Notes: generated from the letters alone by a model not told the origin. DNA of 64,000 nucleotides from an uncultured Pedobacter sp. (GCA_964583395.1 CAZOVM010000005.1:7184-71183), one strand, 5' to 3'. Numbered from the stretch's first letter, positions 1 to 11,468 are shown. Numbers and translations: made by a program.

Positions 1-214
1 TTCCTTTTGATGTTCGCATCGCATATACGAATGATAATCCGTCGTCGTTCCAAACAAATTTTTCTGGTGCAAAAAGCACCTTATTTTGAAAAGCGCCATT
101 AAATGCTTCGGCACGTTGGTAGTCTTCTAATTTTCCTTGTGCTAAAGTGAGCACTGCTTGAAATAGAAAAATAGCAATAACAATAAAACATTTAATATAT
201 TTTGGATTTATCAT
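1..214 (-). CDS. 5' part of a secreted protein running off the window edge, probably S9/DPP-IV-like peptidase
   Basis: Hand translation: MINPKYIKCFIVIAIFLFQAVLTLAQGKLEDYQRAEAFNGAFQNKVLFAPEKFVWNDDG..., open to position 1. Signal peptide; N-terminus resembles Bacteroidota S9 peptidases, but the catalytic domain is outside the window. Confidence 0.45.
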   Translation of the reverse strand, partial: MINPKYIKCFIVIAIFLFQAVLTLAQGKLEDYQRAEAFNGAFQNKVLFAPEKFVWNDDGLSFVYAMRTSKG

Positions 215-312
215 AAAATTTTAGTATATTGTTTAGTTAACTCAATGTCTAAATTACTATTTAATAGCACATTTTAAAAATATGTTGGCTCAGTAATTAC
301 TATCTTTAAGCC

Positions 313-1077
313 ATGAATAAGAATGTGATAATCAGTGTTAAAAATCTCGTTAAGGATTATGACAATTTTAAAGCCGTTAGAGACATTAGCTTTGATGTTT
401 ATGAAAATGAGATTTTCGGATTATTAGGCCCCAATGGAGCTGGTAAAACTACTACTTTAGAGATAATTGAAACATTAAGAGCCAAAACTGCGGGCGAGGT
501 TACGGTTTGTGGATTAAATGTTCAGACTCAACCAAATCAAATAAAACAGCTAATCGGCGTCCAGTTACAAGCCGCAGGGTATTATCCTAATCTAAATTTA
601 ACAGAATTGCTGGAATTATTTTCCGGGCTTTACAATGTGTCTGTAAAACCTTTAGAGATGCTTGAGAAAGTTAATTTACAGGATAAAGCAAAAGCTAAAT
701 ATAAAGAACTATCTGGCGGGCAAAAACAAAGATTTTCTATAGCTACTACGCTTATCAACAACCCCACAATCGTATTTTTAGATGAACCAACAACTGGTTT
801 AGACCCGCAAGCGCGAAGAAATTTATGGGATTTAATAAGAGAAATTAGAGATGCAGGAACTACCGTTGTACTGACAACGCATTATATGGACGAAGCAGAG
901 CAACTTTGCGACCGCGTAGCCTTTGTAGAACAAGGCAAAATAATTGCAATTGATACCCCTGATAAATTAATTGATGATTTAATTCAATCGGGATTTGAGC
1001 GTAAAAAAGAAGTAAAAGCAGCCAACTTAGAGGATGTATTTATATCCTTAACCGGACAGGAATGGAGAGAAGGATAA
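313..1077 (+). CDS. ABC transporter ATP-binding protein (NodI/DrrA-like)
   Basis: Walker A GPNGAGKTT, signature LSGGQ, Walker B VFLDEPT, H-loop TTH. Confidence 0.95.
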   Translation: MNKNVIISVKNLVKDYDNFKAVRDISFDVYENEIFGLLGPNGAGKTTTLEIIETLRAKTAGEVTVCGLNVQTQPNQIKQLIGVQLQAAGYYPNLNLTELLELFSGLYNVSVKPLEMLEKVNLQDKAKAKYKELSGGQKQRFSIATTLINNPTIVFLDEPTTGLDPQARRNLWDLIREIRDAGTTVVLTTHYMDEAEQLCDRVAFVEQGKIIAIDTPDKLIDDLIQSGFERKKEVKAANLEDVFISLTGQEWREG

Positions 1078-1090
1078 TATAAAATTAAGA

Positions 1091-2185
1091 ATGAACAAAA
1101 AATACAATCATACTCAAGCTACCCTTGCACTGGCAAGGGCAAGCTTTAGATCCATTTTAAGAAGTCCGTCGGCAGTGGTTTTTACACTGGCATTTCCGTT
1201 GGTTTTTATTTTAGTATTCGGATTTTTAAGCTCTGGAGGTGTTAAAATTGATTTGGCCCTTGCTCCGGGCTCAGATACTAATAACCCAATATTAACAGCT
1301 CTGGAAGATAATTCGGTTATTAAAATAATCAAAGACACAGACACCTCAAATATCAAAAATGCTTTGATTAAAGGAAATTATGATGCTTTAATAGATATTC
1401 AACCTAATAAAAAAGAGGAATTTCCTAAATACATTACCAATATAACTTATACAACAGCTAGCCCTGATAAAACCAATATTTTTAGAGCGCTTATACAGAG
1501 CTTGCAACTTCAACTTAATAGTGCAGAACAAGTTCCAACCGTAACAACGATACAAGAAACTACTTTACAAAGCAGACCTTATAGTACTATTGATTTTATA
1601 TTACCCGGTCAATTAGGTTTTTCTTTACTAAGCACCGGCGTTTTTGGAACTGCATTTGTTTTTTTTAGCTTACGCCAAAATTTAGTAATAAAAAGATTCT
1701 TTGCTACTCCGGTTAGAAGATCAAGTATTGTAATGGGAGAAGGTATAGCCAGAATAGGCTTTGCTTTATTAGGCGCGCTAATTATTATATTAATAGGAAA
1801 CCTATTCTTCGGATTTACGTTAATAAACGGATACGTCACGGTCATAAATATGCTCCTGCTCTCCTTTTTAGGGGTGTTGGTGTTTATGGGATTCGGGTTT
1901 GTGATTTCCGGAATTGCAAAAAGCGAAAGTACAATCCCTCCTATTTCAAATATTATTACCCTCCCTCAGTTTTTATTATCGGGCACCTTTTTTTCTATCA
2001 GTATATTTCCGCCATGGTTACAAGTAATTAGTAAAGCATTACCACTAACTTATTTAAATGATGCTATGCGAAAAGTAGCTTTTGAAGGTTTAAGTCTTTG
2101 GGATGTACGTATTCAAATTCTAATCTTAGTTGCCTGGGGTATCGGCATCTACGCACTTGCCGTGAAATTTTTTAAGTGGGAGTAA
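1091..2185 (+). CDS. ABC-2 type transporter permease
   Basis: N-terminal TM, large extracytoplasmic loop, C-terminal TM bundle with LSGTFF...LPLTY; 13 bp after the ATPase. Confidence 0.9.
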   Translation: MNKKYNHTQATLALARASFRSILRSPSAVVFTLAFPLVFILVFGFLSSGGVKIDLALAPGSDTNNPILTALEDNSVIKIIKDTDTSNIKNALIKGNYDALIDIQPNKKEEFPKYITNITYTTASPDKTNIFRALIQSLQLQLNSAEQVPTVTTIQETTLQSRPYSTIDFILPGQLGFSLLSTGVFGTAFVFFSLRQNLVIKRFFATPVRRSSIVMGEGIARIGFALLGALIIILIGNLFFGFTLINGYVTVINMLLLSFLGVLVFMGFGFVISGIAKSESTIPPISNIITLPQFLLSGTFFSISIFPPWLQVISKALPLTYLNDAMRKVAFEGLSLWDVRIQILILVAWGIGIYALAVKFFKWE

Positions 2186-2193
2186 TTTCTTTT

Positions 2194-4986
2194 TTAATTC
2201 CCAAATTTCCTAGGATAGTAGGAAATGGATAGCAAGAAATAGTTTTGCAAGCTGTTTTGATATCGGGTAACAAATCTATTTACACCAATAGTGTTCACAA
2301 TACTTTTATTTTGTCGTAAAAGATCTTGCGCCGAAAGTTTTAATTCAACATTCTGTTGCTTCATTAACCGTTGACTTAAATGCACGTTCCATATAGTAAA
2401 ATTACTAGCAGGCAAACTCGATGTTTTATTGGTGTACAAGTTTAGATCAGTGTTTAGCAAAACAGACTTTTTTATCCTATAACCTAAATTTACAACATGC
2501 TGTAAAGAGTTCCCAGAAAATATTGCTTCAAAAAATGGCTGTTTAGAACGGAATAGAAAAGCAGATTCTTTGAGTTCTACAGAAACCAAGTCATTCCATG
2601 AATAATTTATAACTGCACTTAAATTAGTTATTCGTTGTTCATTAGACACTAAATTACGATTAATAAAAGTAGGCAGTATTCTTTTGCTAAGACTTCCATT
2701 TAAAACCAACTGTAAATTGGATTTTTTAAACTTAAAAGCTTTTTTTAGTTGTCCTTCTACAAAAAGGTTCGCATAATCAGCAACGTTGACCGACCAAATT
2801 CTCTGTCTATTATCAGGCAAAATTTCCAAGCTGTCAGAAATTTTACTGTTCGAATAATCGTAACCCACTTTAAGAATATAACTCAATGTGTTTGCAGAAG
2901 CAAAATACTCTCTATCGTATTGTAATTGATATCTAAAAATTTTCTCACCGCTCAAAGCACTATTTCCAAATCTGAGTTGATAGACTTGTGTACTATCTAC
3001 CAAAGGCATAATTTCCTGAAGTGTTGGGTAGTTAAGTTCCGTGTTGAAACTCACTACCGTACTATAGCGCGTTTTACCAAATAAGTTGTTAGTAAACCTA
3101 ATATTTGCCTTTGGGGTAAAATAATCTACCTTCTTTTGCATATTTTGCTGTGTATTCTGAGAAGCCACATCAAAATCAATTTTAGTAAATAAAGGTTCTA
3201 CGGAGAAAGATAGTGCCCTCTCAAAACGATCCGTCAGCCGCTTTTCGTAGGATTTAGACAAATTCACACCATATTCCAATCTTTTCAATAATTCCTCACT
3301 TATATTACTTAAATAATCTAGTCGTCGATCTTTACCGTCGATCGTCTCCATTGCCAACTGCTCCTTACGATTTTTTTTATGTGTATAATTACTATTTAAG
3401 GATACATTAAATGGTAGAACGTAAATCCTCAATGCACCTAAAATATTAGGCACCTTTAGTTCTATTTGTTGGTGATTAGTTTGATCGACTAAATCTATAT
3501 TTCTATTAAATGCAATATTTTGACTCGGGTTTACAAACGACAAGAATTGAGTATTTGTATGTTCTCTTCCCTCTTTTCTATAGTTATTAAATTGATAACC
3601 AAGTTCAAAAGGTATAAACTTAGAACCTCCTTCCAAATTAGGGCTATATTGATAATTTACTGATAAGTTATGTCCTATTATTTGCATATCTGAGGTATGA
3701 TTCCCTTTATATGTACTTACCGTGCCAAAGCCCATTCTATCTACCATTGTAGAAAGTAAAGATTCGTAATTATCTCTATTTTCCAATCTACTACTTTGAA
3801 TGCTAAGGTTATTAATTCGGTCGTTGTAATTATAGCTCAATTGCATCAATCCCTCATCGCTAATTCCATCTCTGTTCACCAAATCAATTTCATTATTAGT
3901 CTGTTGTTCTGCCAGCGTAATTAATGAAACAGTTCGTCTACCTTCTTCAACATTTAGTCGTTTTCTAAAATATTCTGCCGACAAACGGTTCCTTAAGTTG
4001 GGATTTGGCTTGTCTAAAAAGTTATAGTTAACGGTGAGCCCAGTCGAAAATGCAATATTTTCATTTGGCAACGAAAAATTACTTTGATAATTTCCCTCAA
4101 CAGACGATGCTTTGTAGGTGCTTACTGCAATAAGATCTTTATTATTATTTGCAATTTTATTTATGTTATTATAGGTGCTTGTTAAAGAAACTTGCAACTT
4201 CCTAGTGAAATAATTAATGTTACCTAATAAATCATATCTATCATTGGTGCCAGTTCCAGCAGAAAATTTTCCGAAGTAACCATGATCCATATCAGCTTTT
4301 AACTTTACATTCATCTCAAGCAAACTATCTAGCATATTATGATTCCGAGATTCTTGCTTGTAAACTTGGACTTTTTGTATTGCATCTTTGGGCAAATTAC
4401 CGAGCGCCACTTTGAAATCAGTTCCAAAAAATGGTTGACCATTTACTACCAACGATTTAATTTCCTTACCGTTTACTGTAATTTGTCCATCACCCCAAAT
4501 GGTAACATTTGGAATTTTCCTCAGGAAATCATCTAATACAGCGTTGCTATCTAATTTGAATGCTTGAGGATTAAACTCTAGCGTATCACCATTCATGGTT
4601 ACCGGAGCGACTCGAATTTCAACAGTTTCTATTCCAGTTTCGCTAGGTATTAAATCAACGTTACCCAACTCAATAGGCTCGGCTACATACTTATTAAAAT
4701 TTATATTTCTTACGTTATAACCAATATTAGAAAATCTAACTTGAACAGGATACTTTATTTTAGGAATATTGAAAGTAAAATCACCATACGTGTTACTAAT
4801 TTGAAAACTCACTACATTACTGTCGGCATCAAAAACCGAAATAGTAGCTGCGTTTAGTGTGTTTTTATGTACTTTATCTACAACCTTTCCGCTGATCTTA
4901 AAAGGTTGATCTTGCTGTGCACTGGCTCTATTTGCAAGCACAGCACAAGAGATTAATATCGCTAAAGAAACAATACTTTTTATCAA
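2194..4986 (-). CDS. Outer-membrane beta-barrel protein with N-terminal carboxypeptidase-regulatory-like and plug-like domains (TonB-receptor-like)
   Basis: Signal peptide; GDTLEFNP...FLRKIPNV...VNG.PFFG.D plug-like segment; amphipathic strands; C-terminal SYYPRKFGN; TTG start. Confidence 0.8.
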   Translation of the reverse strand: MIKSIVSLAILISCAVLANRASAQQDQPFKISGKVVDKVHKNTLNAATISVFDADSNVVSFQISNTYGDFTFNIPKIKYPVQVRFSNIGYNVRNINFNKYVAEPIELGNVDLIPSETGIETVEIRVAPVTMNGDTLEFNPQAFKLDSNAVLDDFLRKIPNVTIWGDGQITVNGKEIKSLVVNGQPFFGTDFKVALGNLPKDAIQKVQVYKQESRNHNMLDSLLEMNVKLKADMDHGYFGKFSAGTGTNDRYDLLGNINYFTRKLQVSLTSTYNNINKIANNNKDLIAVSTYKASSVEGNYQSNFSLPNENIAFSTGLTVNYNFLDKPNPNLRNRLSAEYFRKRLNVEEGRRTVSLITLAEQQTNNEIDLVNRDGISDEGLMQLSYNYNDRINNLSIQSSRLENRDNYESLLSTMVDRMGFGTVSTYKGNHTSDMQIIGHNLSVNYQYSPNLEGGSKFIPFELGYQFNNYRKEGREHTNTQFLSFVNPSQNIAFNRNIDLVDQTNHQQIELKVPNILGALRIYVLPFNVSLNSNYTHKKNRKEQLAMETIDGKDRRLDYLSNISEELLKRLEYGVNLSKSYEKRLTDRFERALSFSVEPLFTKIDFDVASQNTQQNMQKKVDYFTPKANIRFTNNLFGKTRYSTVVSFNTELNYPTLQEIMPLVDSTQVYQLRFGNSALSGEKIFRYQLQYDREYFASANTLSYILKVGYDYSNSKISDSLEILPDNRQRIWSVNVADYANLFVEGQLKKAFKFKKSNLQLVLNGSLSKRILPTFINRNLVSNEQRITNLSAVINYSWNDLVSVELKESAFLFRSKQPFFEAIFSGNSLQHVVNLGYRIKKSVLLNTDLNLYTNKTSSLPASNFTIWNVHLSQRLMKQQNVELKLSAQDLLRQNKSIVNTIGVNRFVTRYQNSLQNYFLLSISYYPRKFGN

Positions 4987-6231
4987 TTATTTAAGTTTAG
5001 GCGTGATTTTTACAACAATTGGATTCGCATTAGCTCCTTTAGAAATACTCTTCGCTAGGTTTTCTGGATAAGTTTCCTTTCTTTCTTTATTGTCAGCATC
5101 AAACTTAGCCATTGATACAGGAGAAATTAAGGTATAAAAATATTTAGAGTCGTATGTCATGAAACCCTTACGCATAAAATAACCGCCGTAATGCGCATCA
5201 TTTGTTGGCAAAAAATAAGTGCTTTCATCAGGTATTATATGTTGTAAAGAAATAAGTTTTCCACTTGGTTTGTGCAAAGCCAAGTTCTTCTTTTCTGAAG
5301 AGCTGGTTGTCCAACTGGCTAGGGAAAAATAGAGATAATCGCCGGCCTCCACAACATTGTGTACGCCATAAATAGCTTGCTTATTTTCTATAAAATAGTC
5401 ATATTTTTTCCCCTTATACTTTGAGTCAAACATAAAGCTTGGCGGTAAACTGTGGCTACTGGGAAAGATAAATTGATATTTTAACTCAGAACCTTCGGCA
5501 TTTGTTTCATGTACATCATAAGAGTAGTAATCTAAGTACAATATACTATTCTTATCTCTGCTTGGGTAGAATCCACTCCCTTGTGTATATAACTCATCTG
5601 TCATTAAATGTTCTTCAGAGAAGATGTGATATTTTCTTATTTCCGTATCTTTAATTAAGGCATAGGCGTATATAGACTTATCCTTATCTGTATAATAATT
5701 ATGCAACTCCGTACCGTCTGAAAAAGTTAAAAGCGCTGTAGGTTTAAGCTCTTTTTCCGCTCTTAAAAAAACGCCGTCCAAATTATAGTATATAAATAAT
5801 TTATTTGATCTAATCAGGACATAATTTTCACCGTCTTTATTTATCAATGTAAAACTATTGTACACATTACCTTCTGGCACGGCGCTCGACAAACCCGCAT
5901 GATTCCCAACCTGTCTAGGTGTTAACTTGCTAACAAAACTTCCATCCGATTTAAAAAACAAGGTATTCTTAGTATCCATATCGTAAACCACTATTCTGTC
6001 GTCCGCAACTTCCATTCTAGAGATTGAACCAATCATACTTTGAGTATTTGCTTCCAAAGGGATATATTCTATCTTCTGGTAAATATCATTCGCGTTAACT
6101 GTTGTGGCTGTTGCTGGATCAATTCTTAACTTCATAAAATTTGTAGGGCTCGGGGCTGAGGTCGATTGCCCATACAATGAAAAGCTAAATTGAAATGAAA
6201 TCAATAGTGAGAAATAAAAAATTCTAGCCAT
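4987..6231 (-). CDS. Secreted 6-bladed beta-propeller-type protein
   Basis: Signal peptide; KIEYIPLE...SMIGSISRM...IVVYD...FFKSDGSFVSKL N-terminal pattern typical of Bacteroidota 6-bladed propellers; stop abuts the next start (TAA-TTG). Confidence 0.7.
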   Translation of the reverse strand: MARIFYFSLLISFQFSFSLYGQSTSAPSPTNFMKLRIDPATATTVNANDIYQKIEYIPLEANTQSMIGSISRMEVADDRIVVYDMDTKNTLFFKSDGSFVSKLTPRQVGNHAGLSSAVPEGNVYNSFTLINKDGENYVLIRSNKLFIYYNLDGVFLRAEKELKPTALLTFSDGTELHNYYTDKDKSIYAYALIKDTEIRKYHIFSEEHLMTDELYTQGSGFYPSRDKNSILYLDYYSYDVHETNAEGSELKYQFIFPSSHSLPPSFMFDSKYKGKKYDYFIENKQAIYGVHNVVEAGDYLYFSLASWTTSSSEKKNLALHKPSGKLISLQHIIPDESTYFLPTNDAHYGGYFMRKGFMTYDSKYFYTLISPVSMAKFDADNKERKETYPENLAKSISKGANANPIVVKITPKLK

Positions 6232-6393
6232 AAGCTATTACAAAGAATAATTTTAGTAAATAAAAATAGAATATATTTATTTGAAAACAAATATATTGAC
6301 TCAGAACAAATGCTTTTAAAGATTACTTCTACTAAATATTTTTTATACGTCAAAAAATATCCTTCATCCATTTATATAATTTGAAATTTATTA

Positions 6394-6401
6394 TATCTTT
6401 G
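6394..6401 (+). promoter_or_regulatory. Bacteroidota primary-sigma -7 element upstream of eno
   Basis: TATCTTTG matches TAnnTTTG, ~60 bp before the ATG. Confidence 0.6.
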
Positions 6402-6450
6402 AGTATCAGCTATCTTATTGTACAAATAACACTAAGGTATTTTATACTAA

Positions 6451-7758
<1,308 letters not shown>

Positions 7759-7792
7759 TAAGAATTGTTAAGAAGTTGAAAAACAAATAATC

Positions 7793-7826
7793 AAAAACTA
7801 CCGAAACCTTAATTTCGGTAGTTTTT
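7793..7826 (+). terminator. Intrinsic terminator after eno
   Basis: AAAAACTACCGAAA / TTTCGGTAGTTTTT perfect 14-bp inverted repeat, 6-nt loop. Confidence 0.85.
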
Positions 7827-7845
7827 CTTTTTATATTTGTTCATT

Positions 7846-8145
7846 ATGACCCGGCTTGTAACACTCTTTAAGAATAAGTATTTTATCGCAACCTTCGCGT
7901 TTATTGCATGGATGGTATTTTTTGATAAAAATGATGTTCTTTCACAACATGAATACAGGGTAGACGTAAAAAAATTCCAGGAAGAAAAAGACTTTTACAC
8001 TCAAGAAATAGAAGTAATTAAAAGGGACTTAAACGAGCTAAACACCAATTTAAATACTGCAGAAAAGTTTGCTCGGGAAAAATATTTTATGAAAAAAGAT
8101 AACGAAGATGTGTTTGTTATTATAAGAGAGAGCGGCAAAAAATAA
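7846..8145 (+). CDS. ftsB: Septum formation initiator (FtsB/DivIC family)
   Basis: Single TM, coiled coil, EKFAREKYFMKKDNEDVF. ATG at 7846 is preferred to the track's 7837 because a TATATTTG -7 element occupies 7832-7839. Confidence 0.85.
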   Translation: MTRLVTLFKNKYFIATFAFIAWMVFFDKNDVLSQHEYRVDVKKFQEEKDFYTQEIEVIKRDLNELNTNLNTAEKFAREKYFMKKDNEDVFVIIRESGKK

Positions 8146-8154
8146 TAAATAAGC

Positions 8155-10233
8155 TTATAGATCTCCAAAACGCTTTCTCAGAAACCACTCTACACTTAAC
8201 AAGCTTAGTATTATAAAAAAAACAAGCTTAAAATTAATCAGCTCCTCATATTTACGATCTTCAAAACTTAAAGTCTTTAATTGATCCCCAGATTTTAAGT
8301 CTTTAACAATTTCACCCATATTTTGTGGATTTACCACCTTACCGCCTGTTTGATCGGATATAGACTTTAACAAAGAATGGTTTGCTACAGTTTGCTGAAC
8401 TTCGGCAACAACCTCATTCACATAAAATTCACCCTTAGCCGTATGTGTCTTATTTCCATATTGCACAGAAGATTGATAAGTATATATACCTGGTTTAAAC
8501 ATTCCTACATCTAACTTATACGCATTTTCTGATCTGGAAAAATTATAATTATATGCTTCTCCTTTAGAATTCTTTATTACAATCTGTATATCTGGCGTAT
8601 TTATGGGATTGTAGTTATCGTTATAAAGATTTGCATTGATAATTACTGACTCTAACTCATCAAAACTACGCTTAGACGGAAATACCTTAAAGCTTCTCTT
8701 ATCGTCCTTAACTGATAAATATTGAATTGTATTAAGAATAAGATCGTTGGTTAAATACTCATCAGACTCTTCTTCGTCTTCAATAAACTTCCACCTCCAC
8801 AATCCTTCGCCCAAAAGAAACGCATTTCGCTGACTATTAATATCCGTAAAAAACCATAAGGGTTGTGTGGTCTCTAAACTACCAATTTTCTGATTTAACA
8901 ATGCAGAATATGTACCATTTATCGATAATCTTCCAAACGGCGAGATTAAAGGATCTAGTTTTTTTACCTGTTCTTTATAATTGGCCTGTAAATTAAAAGT
9001 AGAAAACTGCTCGTTTAATACAGGAAAAATCTGCTGCAACGACTTAATATTAGAATTCAGGCTCACCGAGTTTTGCGATAAATTAAATAACCCCAAATTA
9101 GTTGAAGCACCTAAAATTGACCAAAAGGGTAGTTTTTTATTTTGAATTTCTTCAATAAAAGGCTTAACAGGATACTGTGTAGACGGTAACTGATGAAGCA
9201 CCACAACTCCGTACTTTGAAAGATCAACAGCGATAAGCTCATCGGCCAGTGCCAACTTTACTTTATATTGTTTGTTGTTTTCAAGCGCTCTTTTTATAAC
9301 GGCTAAATCTGGATGAGGAGCTGCTGCAGCAATCAAAATATCTTGTTTACTGTCTATAACATCAATAAAAAAATTTTGACTATTGTTTGTGTTTGTAATT
9401 TCCTTATCAATAGGAACAATATGGGCTTTTAATCTTTTAATACCAGTAGATGTTGCTGATAATTTTATTTGAAAATCTTTAACAAATAAATTAGAGTTAA
9501 CGGCTACCGTTTGCTCGTATACAACTCTATCATTTTCCGTAATAATTAAATGAACACGCTCATTGTTTGCCTTTATTGCCTGAACCTGTACTTCTATAAA
9601 AAAATCATTCCCAACAAATGCAAACTCATTATAATTAATATTGGCAATTAATAAATCTTTGGGTGCAATTGTATCGCCCAAGGCAATAGCGTAAACAGGC
9701 GCGTTTAGTTTTAAAATATCAAACTGAGGATTCCCACCTCTATTGAACAATCCATCTGTGGCCCAAATAACGGCACCTACGTTTCTATTTTGAAATTCAT
9801 CGTTTATCTGACGAACCCATTTAGCAGCATTTGTAATAATATCAGTACCCGAAAATTCTAGTCTATTTTTTACGCTATCACCAAAACTGTATACCTTAAC
9901 CTCATATTCATTCGATAATTGGTCTCTTAAAGCTGACAAATCGCTGCTATATTGAGCATAACCAACTTCAGAAACTCTTTTAACCGATGTAGAATTGTCG
10001 TGAGCTATTACAATAATGGGCTTCTCTAGCGTATAACTAATTGTTTTTATTAACGGAGCACCAATTAAATAAGCAATTAAAAAAACACTTACAGCTCTAA
10101 ATGTAAATAAGCCTTTTTTCTGAATATTCGTGAAAACAGTGTTCTTGTTATACAATAACCAAGCATATCCCAGTCCGATTATAAGACATAAAATAAAGGT
10201 AGCTAAAGCAGTAAGTGTAAAATAACTTTGCAT
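8155..10233 (-). CDS. Membrane-anchored VWA-domain protein
   Basis: Two N-terminal TMs, MIDAS-like DNSTS and TDG, Ig-like and alpha/beta middle regions, C-terminal TM ending WFLRKR. Confidence 0.7.
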   Translation of the reverse strand: MQSYFTLTALATFILCLIIGLGYAWLLYNKNTVFTNIQKKGLFTFRAVSVFLIAYLIGAPLIKTISYTLEKPIIVIAHDNSTSVKRVSEVGYAQYSSDLSALRDQLSNEYEVKVYSFGDSVKNRLEFSGTDIITNAAKWVRQINDEFQNRNVGAVIWATDGLFNRGGNPQFDILKLNAPVYAIALGDTIAPKDLLIANINYNEFAFVGNDFFIEVQVQAIKANNERVHLIITENDRVVYEQTVAVNSNLFVKDFQIKLSATSTGIKRLKAHIVPIDKEITNTNNSQNFFIDVIDSKQDILIAAAAPHPDLAVIKRALENNKQYKVKLALADELIAVDLSKYGVVVLHQLPSTQYPVKPFIEEIQNKKLPFWSILGASTNLGLFNLSQNSVSLNSNIKSLQQIFPVLNEQFSTFNLQANYKEQVKKLDPLISPFGRLSINGTYSALLNQKIGSLETTQPLWFFTDINSQRNAFLLGEGLWRWKFIEDEEESDEYLTNDLILNTIQYLSVKDDKRSFKVFPSKRSFDELESVIINANLYNDNYNPINTPDIQIVIKNSKGEAYNYNFSRSENAYKLDVGMFKPGIYTYQSSVQYGNKTHTAKGEFYVNEVVAEVQQTVANHSLLKSISDQTGGKVVNPQNMGEIVKDLKSGDQLKTLSFEDRKYEELINFKLVFFIILSLLSVEWFLRKRFGDL

Positions 10234-10333
10234 ATTTCTACTCTAAAGATGCATTTTCAAAACTAAAAAATGAACATCTCTGAATATATTTATTGAACGA
10301 TCAATTGTTAGATTCCTGATTCTTGCATCTATC

Positions 10334-10398
10334 CATTACCAATTTGAAACTGCGATGTTTTGTTTTCCGGCAGAAATTTTGATAGGTTAGATAGCGAG
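10334..10398 (-). repeat. Dispersed ~65-bp module X, copy 1 (homologous to 24176-24240)
   Basis: The reverse complement of 10334-10386 matches 24188-24240 at 40/53 positions without gaps (hand alignment). Confidence 0.8.
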
Positions 10399-10413
10399 AA
10401 GTAGAGGCGTCAT

Positions 10414-10526
10414 CGTCATTGCGAGACACGAAGCAATCTTAAAAATGCATTTGTTAATTATTACTTTTAGATTGCTTTGTCGTTGCTCCGCGCAATGACG
10501 GTTTATTGGTTATAACTATACTCAAT
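10414..10526 (-). repeat. CGTC-type REP-like palindromic doublet plus flank, copy 1
   Basis: CGTCATTGCG..GCAATCT / AGATTGC..CGCAATGACG arms; the reverse complement matches 24330-24442 at 100/113 positions (hand alignment). Confidence 0.9.
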
Positions 10527-10646
10527 ATTCCTACTCAAAACTCAAATATTCAGATTCTTTATCCAACAAAATTGAAAATTTTCCACCATATCTTTAGAAT
10601 AAGGCAAAACAGTACATTAAAACAAGATTTTTTACCTAAAAGTAGT

Positions 10647-11390
10647 CTATAACATTCCTCCGTCTACCGGCAAAACTTGTCCGTTTACATACGAGCTCAT
10701 ATCTGAAGCTAAGAACACACAAACATCTGCAACCTCATCTGCTTCTCCTGCACGTTTCAATGGAATATTTGCAGCCCATCCTTCAACCACTTTTGGATCT
10801 AAAACATCCGTCATTTCTGTGCGGATAAATCCCGGAGCAACTACATTTGTTCTAATATTTCTAGACCCTAATTCTTTAGCAATAGATTTAGAAAAACCGA
10901 TTATACCTGCTTTTGAAGCAGCATAATTTGCCTGACCACCATTTCCTTGCACGCCTACTACCGAGCTCATGTTAATGAAAGAACCTTTTCTGTTTTTCAT
11001 CATAATTTTTGACGCTGCCTTAGTAACGTTAAAAATTGATTTTAAATTAACTTCAAGTACTTCATCCCAATTCTCTTCGCTCATGCGCATTAACAAGCCG
11101 TCTTTAGTAATTCCAGCATTGTTAACAACAATGTCTATTGTACCAAAATCTTCGATAATATTATTGATAAGTTGCTCTGCTTCGTCAAATTTTGAGGCAT
11201 CAGAACGGTATCCTTTTACTTTAGTACCAGCAGTTTGTAACTCTGTTTCTAATGCTAAACCTTTTTCAACTGATGAAAGGTAGGTAAATGCAACATTCGC
11301 ACCATGTGCAACAAATTTTTCTGCTATTTTACGGCCGATCCCTTTAGATGCCCCTGTTATTAATGCTGTTTTTCCTTCTAGTAGTTTCAT
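10647..11390 (-). CDS. fabG: 3-oxoacyl-ACP reductase
   Basis: TGASKGIG, NNAGITKD, YAASK, VDGG. Confidence 0.95.
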   Translation of the reverse strand: MKLLEGKTALITGASKGIGRKIAEKFVAHGANVAFTYLSSVEKGLALETELQTAGTKVKGYRSDASKFDEAEQLINNIIEDFGTIDIVVNNAGITKDGLLMRMSEENWDEVLEVNLKSIFNVTKAASKIMMKNRKGSFINMSSVVGVQGNGGQANYAASKAGIIGFSKSIAKELGSRNIRTNVVAPGFIRTEMTDVLDPKVVEGWAANIPLKRAGEADEVADVCVFLASDMSSYVNGQVLPVDGGML

Positions 11391-11468
11391 GTTTATTTGA
11401 ATTTCAACGAAAATACAGATATCTATTCAATTTTGAAAGCTATCCATAATTTCAGTTAACTATAATAT

